From positions 736,001 to 800,000 of the forward strand of contig OZ246423.1 in NCBI GenBank assembly GCA_965231215.1: DNA of 64,000 nucleotides, read 5' to 3'. Under the pieces are notes generated by a model. It saw only the letters and a program-made list of their open reading frames with translations. It was not told the origin of the DNA and made no database searches. The translations under genes and the position numbers were made by a program. This document shows, piece by piece, positions 18,223 to 28,566 of this stretch (the stretch's first letter is position 1; every line of letters starts with the position of its first letter). Source of the stretch: Candidatus Altimarinota bacterium (GTDB lineage: Bacteria > Patescibacteriota > Gracilibacteria > UBA4473).

Positions 18223-20421
18223 TCAATAATCAAATAGATTATTTAGGATTTCTTTTCCCCATCTAGAGTTTTCTCGAGGGTCGAGGAAGTGAATTGTTTT
18301 TAGGTTTGAAAAGGTTCCCATTCTTCTGCTAATAGTTGCCTCTAACTGAGTCATGGTCCAGGTAGCCCAAAAATTTTGTCCAGACTGTTTCATGACATCT
18401 TCAAATTTTTGAAGGAGTGGACTGGGCGGAGCAAAGGGAAATTTTTGGAACACAAGGTGTTCAAAGTTAAAGCTATCTAATTTTGGGTTTAAACATTTTT
18501 GGTAGAGAAAGCAGATACGTTTGTTTTTATTTTTTTCCATCAATTCAAGCATTTTTCCGCTGCCTCCAGATATTTTTTCCCCAATCAAAACCATATTTTC
18601 TTCGAGCCTCGGAGAGATTCTGTCAAAGACTTTTCCTAAACTATCTAAACTTGAAAAATTCAGAGCTACATGCCCTTCACTCTGTTGAAATAAGTCCCAT
18701 ACAAAATCAGCCGTAAAGTCATTAAATTCTGGAGAGCTTTGAGAGACTAATTTTTTGGGAATTTGGAGCGCTGGTTTTTTGTCAGGCAGTAACGAAATTT
18801 TACCCCCTTCGGTTTGCCCAAAGAAGGTTTGAAAAAAGGCCTCATTTTTTGGATCGGTATGGCTTCTATAAGCAAAAATCTTTTTATAACTACCCAAGCC
18901 TGATTTTATATTTCGCCAATCTTCTGGGTGCCAAGAATAAAAAGTAAGATTACCACTTTCTGGGGCGTAGATTAGCCACCGAGTACATTTTGGATCTGGA
19001 TTGGTAAAGTAAGGTTCCCAGAGAGTGAAAGTATCTAGATCAACAAGGTCCTTAATCTCTTCTAAGAAAGTATCGAATCTATCTTGGACCCCAAGCAGCA
19101 TTTTTTCAGGAAAACGAGAAAGACTTTTTCCCAACTTTTTTTCTATAAAATCACGGCAAAAACGGGCGGTAAAAAACTGAGTCTTTTGAGCTACCTCTTC
19201 ATCAACATGGTTTAGATATGAGGCAAAAGATAGACTTTTTGTGGGATGAAAAAGGAGGCTTTCAGCTGCCATTTCTGCCTCATCGATTAAAAGTATACGA
19301 TCTTTAAATACGCCGGTGTCTTCTAAATCAGCTAGAGCTTTGGGAGTACAACAGAGTGTTTTTTCTTTAAATTTTTCTGTAAGTACGGTTTGGTATGCTG
19401 GGTTTTTGATATCTTGTGTATGCACTTCATCCCAAAAATCTCGTTCTTTGAAGAATAAATCAAAATGAATCAGGCCTCGGTAGCCTAAAAAATTTCGATA
19501 AATACATTTGAGATAAAAGGTGGTTTCTTGGTTGTTTAAAACGGCTCTCTGTTGGGCAAAAATATTAATTTTCTCAGGATCAAAAATAACCTCCGGGGTT
19601 GGCAGTTTTGGAATCGTTTTAAAAGACTCCAGCTTTGGGGTAATGATACAGGTTGGAGTTTTTTGAGCGGCTATAGACTCAAAAAATTCTTGAGCCTCTT
19701 TATTTGAATGGATACGACAAAACACATTGTTCTCATTTTCTAAGGCTTTTTGACACGCGTCTATCGCGGAGTCCCATTTAGAATTAGAGTTTAAGTCAAA
19801 AGGTTCAGTTTTTCTTTTTGGCAGATTAGATTGACCCTCAGTTTGGAGAAAAAGTTCACGTGCATACCACTTGGTTTGGGTTTCAAGAAAGGGTTTGATT
19901 TGTGCTAAAAAGGGTTTGGGAAGTGATTCAATTTTTTCACACAAGAGTTCAAATAAATCCTTTGAGGCCAGCACATCACTCATGGCTCTATGGGCACTTT
20001 CGTGCGTAAATCCATAATTTTTAGTTAACACTTCTAAAGCGAAACTCGGTTCTAAAGGCAGCAAAATTCGGGCTAATTCATGCGTGTCAATTCGTGGGTT
20101 TGCAGCGACATCAATTCCGTTTCCGATAAGAAAATTAATATCAAAATCAATATTATGGCCCACTATTACAGAATCCCCAATAGCTTCTTTAAGGTTGGTT
20201 TTGATTTCTTCTAAGTAGACCCCTTTTTCATCAATTTCTTTTTGGGTAATACCCGTGAGTCCTGAAACAAAATCAGTAAGAGGGGATTTATCGGGAATTA
20301 AGACTTGGTCTACTTCTAAAATCTTTTCCCCCTCTTTATACCGAACAAAAGAGATTTCAATAATAGAGTCTTTCTTTGGTTCAAACCCTGTAGTTTCTAA
20401 ATCTAAAAAACACAAATCCAT
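18223..20421 (-). CDS. DEDDh 3'-5' exonuclease fused to a degenerate DinG-like helicase
   Basis: FLDLETTG, GHNIDFD, HRAMSD exonuclease motifs; C-terminal part has LLIDEA and KFPF.PP remnants but no Walker A. Confidence 0.8.
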   Translation of the reverse strand: MDLCFLDLETTGFEPKKDSIIEISFVRYKEGEKILEVDQVLIPDKSPLTDFVSGLTGITQKEIDEKGVYLEEIKTNLKEAIGDSVIVGHNIDFDINFLIGNGIDVAANPRIDTHELARILLPLEPSFALEVLTKNYGFTHESAHRAMSDVLASKDLFELLCEKIESLPKPFLAQIKPFLETQTKWYARELFLQTEGQSNLPKRKTEPFDLNSNSKWDSAIDACQKALENENNVFCRIHSNKEAQEFFESIAAQKTPTCIITPKLESFKTIPKLPTPEVIFDPEKINIFAQQRAVLNNQETTFYLKCIYRNFLGYRGLIHFDLFFKERDFWDEVHTQDIKNPAYQTVLTEKFKEKTLCCTPKALADLEDTGVFKDRILLIDEAEMAAESLLFHPTKSLSFASYLNHVDEEVAQKTQFFTARFCRDFIEKKLGKSLSRFPEKMLLGVQDRFDTFLEEIKDLVDLDTFTLWEPYFTNPDPKCTRWLIYAPESGNLTFYSWHPEDWRNIKSGLGSYKKIFAYRSHTDPKNEAFFQTFFGQTEGGKISLLPDKKPALQIPKKLVSQSSPEFNDFTADFVWDLFQQSEGHVALNFSSLDSLGKVFDRISPRLEENMVLIGEKISGGSGKMLELMEKNKNKRICFLYQKCLNPKLDSFNFEHLVFQKFPFAPPSPLLQKFEDVMKQSGQNFWATWTMTQLEATISRRMGTFSNLKTIHFLDPRENSRWGKEILNNLFDY

Positions 20422-20483
20422 CACCTCAATTATATATCAATTAGTTATTGAAATCTTCCTCAAAACTTACATAATCGGAAACG

Positions 20484-20807
20484 ATGAAAATTTCAGAGCG
20501 TAGCAAAAGGTTTGCCGGAATTTTAGAGACTAAAATTCCCCCTCTCATACAAAAATTTTTTACTCCAGACCAAATAGGGTTTGTGACCGTTACGGCTGTT
20601 GAAGTTTCTGGAGATCTTAAAGTAGTTGATATTTTTGTGCGAAGTCTCAACGGGCCCGTGAATTTTTGCAAAAAACTCAACAAGCTCGATAAAAAATTTT
20701 CTCATGAACTTAGCCAGATACTCAAAGCCAGACAGTCTTTAATTATCCGATTTAAAGAAGATAAGTCAGTTAAAGCTGTAGAGGTGGCTAATAAAAACCT
20801 TAAATGA
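20484..20807 (+). CDS. rbfA: Ribosome-binding factor A
   Basis: R..R.A..L, GFVTVT.VEVS.DL....IFV, L.F..D.S. Confidence 0.85.
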   Translation: MKISERSKRFAGILETKIPPLIQKFFTPDQIGFVTVTAVEVSGDLKVVDIFVRSLNGPVNFCKKLNKLDKKFSHELSQILKARQSLIIRFKEDKSVKAVEVANKNLK

Positions 20808-21397
20808 ATATTTTGATAGCGACTGGAAACGAGGGAAAAAAGGCAGAAATACGGCAGTTTTTCAGGCCTGATTCTGGGGTTAAATTTGTAAGCCTTAAAG
20901 ATTTTGATTTCGTGGAAGAACCGGAAGAAGATGGAAAAACCTTTGAAGCCAACGCATTGATTAAAGCTCGGTATTATGGAGAAAATCATAATATCCCCAC
21001 TTTGGCTGAGGATTCTGGATTAATTCTTGAGGCTTTTCCTGAAAAATTTGGCCTCAAAACTCGTCGAGAGTTATCTGCAAAAGATGATATGGATTGGCTG
21101 GATCAGTTTTTGGAAATGATCCGAGACACTGAAAATAAAAAGGCCACTTTTTACTCTTCAATAGCTTTTTTTGATCCTATAAAAAAGATTGAACAGGCGG
21201 TGCTTGGAGTCACTTCCGGTGAAATTGTAGATTTTCCACAGGCCCCAATTGAAAAAGGAATTCCGGTTTCAAGTGTCTTCATTCCAGAAGGCTCTAGTGA
21301 GGTGTTTGCGGCTATGACTAAAGAGCAAAAGAATGCAGTATCTCATAGGGGCAAGGCTGTAGCGGCTTTTTCCGAATGGTTTGCTGAAAATTACTAA
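20804..21397 (+). CDS. rdgB: Non-canonical purine NTP pyrophosphatase (Ham1/RdgB)
   Basis: IATGNEGK..E, EEDGKTFE.NA.IKA, AEDSGL, KNAVSHRGKA. Confidence 0.92.
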   Translation: MNILIATGNEGKKAEIRQFFRPDSGVKFVSLKDFDFVEEPEEDGKTFEANALIKARYYGENHNIPTLAEDSGLILEAFPEKFGLKTRRELSAKDDMDWLDQFLEMIRDTENKKATFYSSIAFFDPIKKIEQAVLGVTSGEIVDFPQAPIEKGIPVSSVFIPEGSSEVFAAMTKEQKNAVSHRGKAVAAFSEWFAENY

Positions 21398-21471
21398 AAA
21401 ACTTTCCCCTTATTTTTCAGTTTCATCGAGTCTTTTTGTTTTTAAATTTTTAGAAAGTAATAGCTTGTAGC

Positions 21472-21499
21472 TTTACATTTTATATTTTCTTTTTAGAAT
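21472..21499 (+). promoter_or_regulatory. Sigma70-type promoter of pyrH (near-leaderless)
   Basis: TTTACA-N16-TAGAAT, 8 nt before the ATG. Confidence 0.55.
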
Positions 21500-21507
21500 T
21501 TCTGGCG

Positions 21508-22221
21508 ATGAAACCAAAGTATAAAAGAATTCTTCTCAAACTTTCTGGGGAGGCGTTATTGGGAAAAAAAGAGTTTGGCATTGATTATGAAATTTTGCAT
21601 CAAATTTGTGAAGAAGTAAAAGCCGTTCAAGCTATGGGAGTGGAAATAGCCGTGGTTATTGGAGCGGGGAATATTTGGAGAGGCACAGAGAATGGAGAAT
21701 CAGGGATTGATAGAGTGCCATCAGATTATATTGGAATGATGGGAACCCTGATGAACTCAGTGGCCCTGCAAGCAAATTTGGAAAAAATGGGCATCTATAC
21801 CCGTGTGGCTTCAGCCATGGATATTCCCTCAGTGGCGGAGCCTTACATTAGGCGCCGAGTGATCAGACACCTGGAAAAAGGGCGAATCGTTATTTGCGGA
21901 GCCGGAACGGGGAATCCCTATTTTACCACTGACTCTGCGGCCGCTCTGCGCAGTTTAGAACTGGAATGTGATGTGCTCCTTAAGGCTACAAATGTGGACG
22001 GAGTCTACGATGCTGATCCTCGTAAAAAACCTGACGCTAAAAAATACGATGAAGTGAATTTTGAAGAAGTGCTAGAGAAAAATTTAAAAGTGATGGATGG
22101 AACAGCTATTGCTCAATGTAGAGATAATAAAATGCCGATCATAGTTTTTGAGCTCATGAAAAAAGGGAATATCGTGAAAGTTGTTTGTGGTGAAAATATT
22201 GGAACTCGAATCACACTCTAA
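21508..22221 (+). CDS. pyrH: UMP kinase
   Basis: RILLKLSGEAL, GAGNIWRG, GTGNPYFTTDSAAALR, KATNVDGVY..DP, LKVMD. Confidence 0.98.
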   Translation: MKPKYKRILLKLSGEALLGKKEFGIDYEILHQICEEVKAVQAMGVEIAVVIGAGNIWRGTENGESGIDRVPSDYIGMMGTLMNSVALQANLEKMGIYTRVASAMDIPSVAEPYIRRRVIRHLEKGRIVICGAGTGNPYFTTDSAAALRSLELECDVLLKATNVDGVYDADPRKKPDAKKYDEVNFEEVLEKNLKVMDGTAIAQCRDNKMPIIVFELMKKGNIVKVVCGENIGTRITL

Positions 22222-23258
22222 TCAAACACCACGTAATCAAAGGCACCAATAGAAGTTTTTTCTGGTATGTCGATACTGATTTGTTGTGAAAACTGTTCGG
22301 CCAAACTTACGTCTGAATTTACTGTGTAGTAACTTTTTGGGAAAGGTTTCACTGTTCCTGAACCACTATATTCTACCATAAAAGGAATGCCTGGGATCTT
22401 GGTAGCGGTTCCGGTGTCTTCAAATTTTAGAAGGGATCGGAAGGTCAAACGGAAGTCGCTACAAGTGCCTCCGCCACTATCGGTACAACTCCAAAAGGCA
22501 TTGAGGTCAGTAACATTGGTGCCAGGTAAAATTTTCCCAGGAGTCGTGTTATTAGTTGAGATAGTTTGAGTTCCAGCCATAAGTTGATCTTCACAAATAA
22601 ACCCTGTGGCACCGCTACAATCGCTGTTATCGGTAGGGACAAAAGTTTCGACTCCTCGAGTTGTACTCTTACGAGAAAGAGACCAGTCTATTAGGACTTC
22701 AGTATTAGCGCTCCCAAAATCAAAACCAGAAGTAATTTCACTGGCACCATACTCAGCCAAAAGTGCATTTTTAGCCGTTGAGTTAGGGATTTGGTCTGTG
22801 TCGTTATAAAAATTTACAATCAAATCATCACTAATAAAGTTTGGGCCGCCACTGTTATTGGGAGCTATAGTAGGGTTGCCAGAACTATCCCATTGAAGCT
22901 GAATTTGTATAGTTTGGTTTTCTTTCAGCATTTCAGCGAGAGCCGCGTTATTACCATTGGAAGTCGTTGTTCGTCCCTGTAAGCTCCAGCTAGTAGTCGC
23001 ATCCACCACAGGATGAACAATAGTTTGGCTGGCGTCTCCGGAACTAAAATCAAGTCCAGCGCCTCGAGAGTTGTGATGAAAAAATGAAGCTTCAATTCCA
23101 GATTCTGAAGCAAAAAAGAGCTGAGTCGTTCTTTGGATATTTGAAGCCTGATCAAGAGATCGAGCAATAGAATCAAGCGTGGCAAAAGCGAGCGCTAAAA
23201 CCAAAAGAGAAGTTCCCATTGAGACTAATATAGAGATACCCTTTTCTTTACGAGACAT
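22218..23258 (-). CDS. PilX-like type IV pilus minor pilin/assembly protein
   Basis: MSRKEKG|ISILVSM + hydrophobic helix + A..A.ESGIE motif typical of the PilX N-terminus; start moved to ATG 23258. Confidence 0.65.
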   Translation of the reverse strand: MSRKEKGISILVSMGTSLLVLALAFATLDSIARSLDQASNIQRTTQLFFASESGIEASFFHHNSRGAGLDFSSGDASQTIVHPVVDATTSWSLQGRTTTSNGNNAALAEMLKENQTIQIQLQWDSSGNPTIAPNNSGGPNFISDDLIVNFYNDTDQIPNSTAKNALLAEYGASEITSGFDFGSANTEVLIDWSLSRKSTTRGVETFVPTDNSDCSGATGFICEDQLMAGTQTISTNNTTPGKILPGTNVTDLNAFWSCTDSGGGTCSDFRLTFRSLLKFEDTGTATKIPGIPFMVEYSGSGTVKPFPKSYYTVNSDVSLAEQFSQQISIDIPEKTSIGAFDYVVFD

Positions 23259-23403
23259 TGAAAATCTAAAAATTCCTGAGGTTTCTAAAAAATATTTTTG
23301 AACACGCCGTGAAGCACTACGATTTTTGGTGAGGTTTTTCCAATAGCTCAAATTTCTTTGTTTTTCTATCATCTAGATCAATTCTACAGTAAAATTTGGG
23401 CTG

Positions 23404-24921
23404 ATGAAAAAAGTTTACCTTATAATTCTCGATGGATTTGGCTTAGCTCCCGATAGCGAAGGGAATGCCATTACTCAAGCACAGGCGCCTTATTTGAAAT
23501 CGCTGATAAGTGGAAAAGCCTATCCAATGTCTCGCCTAAAAACGCATGGAGAACCCGTGGGATTGCCAGAATTCCAAACAGGGGGATCAGAAGCAGGACA
23601 CATTACCATTGGCGCTGGACGAGCCGTGAAACTTTTATTGACTAAAATTAATGATGCTATCGAAGATGGGAGTTTTAAGTCTAACGATGTGCTGAAAAGT
23701 TTATTTGAAAAAGCCGCTAAAAATAACCGGATTCATTTTATGGGGATGGCGTCTGATGGTGGAGTTCATTCCTTTTTGCCCCACCTGTTTGGGTTACTCG
23801 ATTTGGCCAAAGAGTACGGGATTGAAAATGTATATAATCACTGTTTTTTGGATGGTCGAGATGTAGGTACTCGGACTGCAGCCGAATATTTAACTGCGCT
23901 AGAAGCAAAAGGCGGAAAGATTGCCTCTATCCAAGGGCGGTTTTATGCCATGGATCGAGACCAAAATTGGGAACGGACAGAATTAGCCTACAAAACCCTG
24001 GTAAGTGAAGAGGTTGTGCCTACTAAAAAATCATGGAAAGCCGTTATCGAAGATCACTACGCAAGCGATCCTACTATATCAGACTATTATGTGGAACCAC
24101 ACTTATTTGATACTGAGGCTCAGATACAACCAGGAGACATTGTGATTAATTGGAACTTTAGAACGGATCGTGAACGACAAATTTCTGCGGCATTATGTGA
24201 CGCTTCTTTTGAAGCATTCGATCGTCCAGTAAAAATAGACGTACAAAATTACGGAATTTTTGGGGATTATTATGAGGGAGCTCAGCAACCTTTTAATTTT
24301 GGAGATGAGACCCCTAAAAATACACTAGGAGAATATGTCTCAAATCTGGGGGGAACACAATTGCGAATATCTGAAACTGAAAAATTTAATCACGTTACTT
24401 TTTTTTACAGCGGACAACAGAAAGCGCCTTTTCCCGGAGAGGATAGAATTTTGGTGCCTTCACCTAAATGTCCAAGCTATGCCGAAAAACCTGAAATGTC
24501 GGCCTATGAAGTCCTAGAGAAAGCCTTAGAAAGTCTCAATAAAGGATACAATTTAGTCGTGCATAATTTTGCTAATCCAGATTTAGTAGGGCACTCTGGC
24601 TCCTTGGAAGCGGCTATAAAAGCTATTGAAATAATGGATGAATGCTGCGCTAAATTAATCCCTAAAATATTAGAAGCTGGATATGATCTTATCGTTACTT
24701 CTGATCACGGAAATGCGGACAAAATGATTAACGAAGACGGAAGTCCAAATGCTTCTCACACCAAAGCCTATACGCCGTGCGTAGTTATAAGCCAAAAAGA
24801 GGAATGGCAGCCTATGACCCTGCCAGAGACAGGAGACCTGCGTGATATTGCCCCCACCCTCTGCACTCTTTTGGGTATTGATATTCCAGCAGAGATGACG
24901 GGGAAGAGTCTGTTAGGCTAA
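23404..24921 (+). CDS. gpmI: 2,3-bisphosphoglycerate-independent phosphoglycerate mutase
   Basis: IILDGFG, G.SEAGH..IGAGR, SDGGVHS, DGRD, GRFYAMDRD, SETEK..HVT, NPDLVGHSG, TSDHGN. Confidence 0.97.
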   Translation: MKKVYLIILDGFGLAPDSEGNAITQAQAPYLKSLISGKAYPMSRLKTHGEPVGLPEFQTGGSEAGHITIGAGRAVKLLLTKINDAIEDGSFKSNDVLKSLFEKAAKNNRIHFMGMASDGGVHSFLPHLFGLLDLAKEYGIENVYNHCFLDGRDVGTRTAAEYLTALEAKGGKIASIQGRFYAMDRDQNWERTELAYKTLVSEEVVPTKKSWKAVIEDHYASDPTISDYYVEPHLFDTEAQIQPGDIVINWNFRTDRERQISAALCDASFEAFDRPVKIDVQNYGIFGDYYEGAQQPFNFGDETPKNTLGEYVSNLGGTQLRISETEKFNHVTFFYSGQQKAPFPGEDRILVPSPKCPSYAEKPEMSAYEVLEKALESLNKGYNLVVHNFANPDLVGHSGSLEAAIKAIEIMDECCAKLIPKILEAGYDLIVTSDHGNADKMINEDGSPNASHTKAYTPCVVISQKEEWQPMTLPETGDLRDIAPTLCTLLGIDIPAEMTGKSLLG

Positions 24922-26175
24922 GAGAGATTTTAACTTGGTTTCATCAATCCCTGGCCCAATGCCTGCAAAGCGAAAATTTTCAGGCTGTAATAGCTCTTTA
25001 GCAAGGGTCTCTACGGCTTCTTTTTTAACAGCTCTAATTTTTGTTTTCCAGTCTTCAAAGGATTCATTTTTTCCATACAAAAGTTGATTTTTGGCATATT
25101 CATGAGCCACCTCTTCTGTGTCCTCTGTCGTGAGGTCGGTTTTTCCGATGAGGTAGTTCCGGGCCTTTTGGAGCTCGTCTTCAGTGATCCCGCTGCGGGC
25201 AATTTGGTCGTATTCATATCGGATAGCTTCGACGGCTTTGAGCACATCATCTACTTTTACTCCGGCACGAGTGGTCATGAGCCCAGTGTCTGAATATTCA
25301 TCTACTTGAGTGCGGATAGAGTAACAAAGCCCTTTTTCTTCTCGTACGTTTTGGAACATTCTTGAACTCATATTACCCCCCAAAATTACGCCAAGGACTC
25401 GGAGAGCAGGGAAAAGTGGATCGGTCTCACTCAACGCCCTAACGCCAAAAGAAAGGTGATATTGCTCGGTTTTCTTTTCACGAATTTTGGTAATTTCCGT
25501 GGCTTTACTCCGATCAAATTTTGTAGGAGGAATACCTACGGCTTTTGATTCCATTTCAAAATAGGCCGCGATAGTTTCAAGATCATTTTTATTCACGGCT
25601 CCGGCAACAGTAACGACCATATTTTCAGGAACATACTGTGCATTTTTGTATTCTAAAAACTGTTCTCGGGTAACTGAACTTACCACTTCTTTTGTCCCAA
25701 TTTGATCCCATCCTAGCGGCTGATCCCCAAAGGTAAGTCGCTCAAAATCCCAAGAAATTTGATACATTGGAGCATCTAAGTACATGGCCATCTCTTCCAA
25801 AATTACGCCTCGCTCTTTTTCAATTTCTTCTGCTGGAAAGTTTGAATAAAGCAACATGTCAGACAATACATCTAAAGATTTTTCTAGGTTTTCTTTCCCA
25901 CTTTTAACGTAGTATCCAGCGTATTCTTTACCCGTGAAAGCGTTAAATTCACCACCAAACATATCCACGGCTTCGCTCACTTCTTTCGGGGTTTTGTACT
26001 TTTTAGCGCCTTTAAAAAACATATGTTCAAGGAAGTGTGAGATTCCGGTAATGGCTTTGGTTTCGTATCGAGATCCAGCGCCAACTAAAATAAGGACGGT
26101 AACAACACTGGTTCCTGGCATCTCTACACACTGAATTTGTAAGCCGCTTTTCGTTTTGGTTTGGTGACATTTCAT
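24913..26175 (-). CDS. M16 family (pitrilysin-like) zinc peptidase
   Basis: GSRYE, GISHFLEHMFFKG (HxxEH), NAFT, ERGVILEE, SSRMFQNVRE.KGLCY. Confidence 0.95.
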   Translation of the reverse strand: MKCHQTKTKSGLQIQCVEMPGTSVVTVLILVGAGSRYETKAITGISHFLEHMFFKGAKKYKTPKEVSEAVDMFGGEFNAFTGKEYAGYYVKSGKENLEKSLDVLSDMLLYSNFPAEEIEKERGVILEEMAMYLDAPMYQISWDFERLTFGDQPLGWDQIGTKEVVSSVTREQFLEYKNAQYVPENMVVTVAGAVNKNDLETIAAYFEMESKAVGIPPTKFDRSKATEITKIREKKTEQYHLSFGVRALSETDPLFPALRVLGVILGGNMSSRMFQNVREEKGLCYSIRTQVDEYSDTGLMTTRAGVKVDDVLKAVEAIRYEYDQIARSGITEDELQKARNYLIGKTDLTTEDTEEVAHEYAKNQLLYGKNESFEDWKTKIRAVKKEAVETLAKELLQPENFRFAGIGPGIDETKLKSLLA

Positions 26176-26216
26176 GCGGTCAGAATACTAAATTTTTAGC
26201 CTCCAAAAAGAAAGCT

Positions 26217-26348
26217 TTAAGTGTTTAATTTCTTCTTCAAAATCGAGCAAGTACACCGGCTTACAACTTTTACTATATCTTCATAACTTTTGTGAATATC
26301 GGTAGGGTTTCCATCCTGTCCAATAGTCTCTAATTCACTAATTTTCAT
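26217..26348 (-). pseudogene. Small ORF or frameshifted gene remnant (43 aa)
   Basis: MKISELETIGQDGNPTDIHKSYEDIVK...; a shifted frame continues KPVYLLDFEEEIKHLK. Confidence 0.3.
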
Positions 26349-26394
26349 GGCTTAAAAAATTGACATTTTTCCATATTTATTTATTAAATACAAT

Positions 26395-28362
26395 ATGAAA
26401 AGAATTTGGTCAATACTTTTTGCCCTTTTAGCACCTGTAGTGGGTTTTGCAGCCACATTACCGGAGGCGAATTTTAGTATTACGCCGGCCAAGGGGAGTC
26501 TGCATACAGAATTTGTGATTGATGCCAGTCTTTCACGGAATACCAGCGGCCTCAAAACGGGGCTTAAATATCAGTTCAAAGTGGCCCCTAATGAGCCTCG
26601 AACCCCTTTTCAGGCGAACCCGGTTTATCGGTTTACTCCGAAACAAACGGGAACTTTTAGAGCTCAAATGCTAGTGTTAGATCCAAGCGGAGGCATTACT
26701 ACTACTTTCCGAACCTACCGAGTAACACAATCGACAAATCGATCCATTCGGATAAAGACCTCAAATACAGATCCAAACAAAGGCGAAGCGGTTGAATTTG
26801 AGGTGATTGTTCTTGGAGAAAATGGATTAGATAGGAACGCTTTCAAAGTTCGTTGGGACTATAACTCTGATGGCATTTTTGAAACAAACTTCCAACCAGG
26901 CTTAACGGGCAGTTTTGTCTACCAGGTCGGATCATCTTCTCCTACGGTAGAGGTAAAGTTTCCAGATGGAGAGATTCTAAGAACTCGAGGGATTCAGTCT
27001 TCCGTTCGCGATAGGTTTACAAGAAATCGTTTGACTAATCGTGACAAAACGCCGATTAGAACTACCTCTAGTTCTCTTGCATACCCAATATTGGATGTAA
27101 GTCCAGGGAATAAGGTTACGGATGAAAATACCAGCTTTACTTTTGATGGAAGCAAAACTCAGCTTGGTTCTGGAGGGTGGCTAGAATGGCATATTGATGG
27201 TCAAAAAGTGATTAAAGATAAAAAAATAATCCAGCACAAATTTAGCTCTCCGGGCACGCATCAAGTACGGCTTCTCAATTGTTTCAATCGTGCCGAACCA
27301 ATCTGTACAGAATCTACCACTGAAGTAGAAATCAAACCAGACCCAACAGACAATATTGTAGATATCAAGTGGGCCAATTTGGTAGACCACTACCGGCCGC
27401 CGTTTGCTCAGGACTTTGTGAAAGCCACAGTCAGTGACCGGATCCGATATACCGCACAAATGATTGGGTACAATTTCCCAGGGCAACGATGGGAATATCG
27501 ATGGGATTTTAATGGTGATGGGTGGTGGGATACGGTGTTTTCTCAATCTCCTGTAGCGGAATACACTTATCCGCATGCAGGGGAGATGGAGGCGGTAGTA
27601 CAGGCAAAACCTTCTTTTGGGTTTAGCGATATTGGGTACGTAGAAAAAGCCATTCCGGTTTTTATCCAAAAAAACCTCGCCCCAAAAGGAACTTTTAGCC
27701 CCCGAAATTCGGAAAATTTTGTAGGCGATCGAGTATTTTTTGAAGCTGATTTATATGACTTTCAATCCCCACATCAAGTGGAAATTCGGTTTGATTCAGA
27801 CGCAGATGGGATCTGGGATAGTGATTTTAGACGTCAAAAATCCTGGTGGTGGGAGTATGATGTTCCAGGGACGTATGAAGTTCGGATGCAACTACGTGAT
27901 CCACAGAAAAAAGTATTTGAAACCAAACGCCTTATTGAAATTAGCCCAGCACCAGATCCGGTAGCGTATGTAAAAGTATCAGATAAATCTCTGCCAGTTG
28001 GCAAAAGCTTTACAATGGATGGAAGTAACAGCCTTGGAAGAAATCTAAACTTTGAATGGAAAATACTGGATGGACCAGTGAATACACGTCAGCAAAGATT
28101 TGGACAGAGAACGAGTTTCAGGTTTAACACTCCAGGAAAATACACAGTCTGTTTAGCGGTGACTGATAAAACTGGGAAAAGTGACCAGATTAATTTTCCT
28201 ATCTGGGTTACCGAAGCTCAAACGACCCCAAGTGTAGCAAAGTCACCTGTAGCGACACCCCCCAAAACCGCTCCAGTTCAAAATCTAAGTCCATACCAAA
28301 TAGTTACGGGATACAGTAAACCACAAAAACCCTTTCTCACTAACATGCGGCCTGGATGGTAG
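26395..28362 (+). CDS. Secreted multi-PKD domain protein
   Basis: Signal peptide; repeated F.DAS.S/FDGS, RWD.N.DG..(E/D)T.F, PG.Y.V.L..D PKD-like units. Confidence 0.85.
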   Translation: MKRIWSILFALLAPVVGFAATLPEANFSITPAKGSLHTEFVIDASLSRNTSGLKTGLKYQFKVAPNEPRTPFQANPVYRFTPKQTGTFRAQMLVLDPSGGITTTFRTYRVTQSTNRSIRIKTSNTDPNKGEAVEFEVIVLGENGLDRNAFKVRWDYNSDGIFETNFQPGLTGSFVYQVGSSSPTVEVKFPDGEILRTRGIQSSVRDRFTRNRLTNRDKTPIRTTSSSLAYPILDVSPGNKVTDENTSFTFDGSKTQLGSGGWLEWHIDGQKVIKDKKIIQHKFSSPGTHQVRLLNCFNRAEPICTESTTEVEIKPDPTDNIVDIKWANLVDHYRPPFAQDFVKATVSDRIRYTAQMIGYNFPGQRWEYRWDFNGDGWWDTVFSQSPVAEYTYPHAGEMEAVVQAKPSFGFSDIGYVEKAIPVFIQKNLAPKGTFSPRNSENFVGDRVFFEADLYDFQSPHQVEIRFDSDADGIWDSDFRRQKSWWWEYDVPGTYEVRMQLRDPQKKVFETKRLIEISPAPDPVAYVKVSDKSLPVGKSFTMDGSNSLGRNLNFEWKILDGPVNTRQQRFGQRTSFRFNTPGKYTVCLAVTDKTGKSDQINFPIWVTEAQTTPSVAKSPVATPPKTAPVQNLSPYQIVTGYSKPQKPFLTNMRPGW

Positions 28363-28385
28363 AATAATTAAAAGAACAAGAAAGT

Positions 28386-28502
28386 GTCCCAAACATAAAA
28401 CTCGTCATGATCATGAGAGTTTAATACAGCAGGGGTTTCATAACTTGTACTGTAGGGCTTTAGGGACCCTCATGCTGGTAAAGGGTTTGAAAAAATAAAC
28501 CC
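28386..28502. ncRNA. Candidate structured intergenic RNA/DNA element
   Basis: GTCCC(28386)/GGGAC(28463) enclose two hairpins, followed by a GGGTTT/AAACCC hairpin; family not recognised. Confidence 0.25.
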
Positions 28503-28566
28503 CAGGAGCAAAGCTGAAAGAATTTTGTTGTATTTAGACCGGGTTACTACGAAAGTAAAATCTATT

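Noticed and set aside
23259-23372. Long N-terminal extension of the PilX-like ORF
   Set aside because: The prepilin-like motif begins at ATG 23258; the upstream stretch is most likely promoter region
28510-28560. Hammerhead ribozyme (CTGAAAGA...CGAAAGTA)
   Set aside because: The core does not match CUGAnGA and the flanking stems are missing
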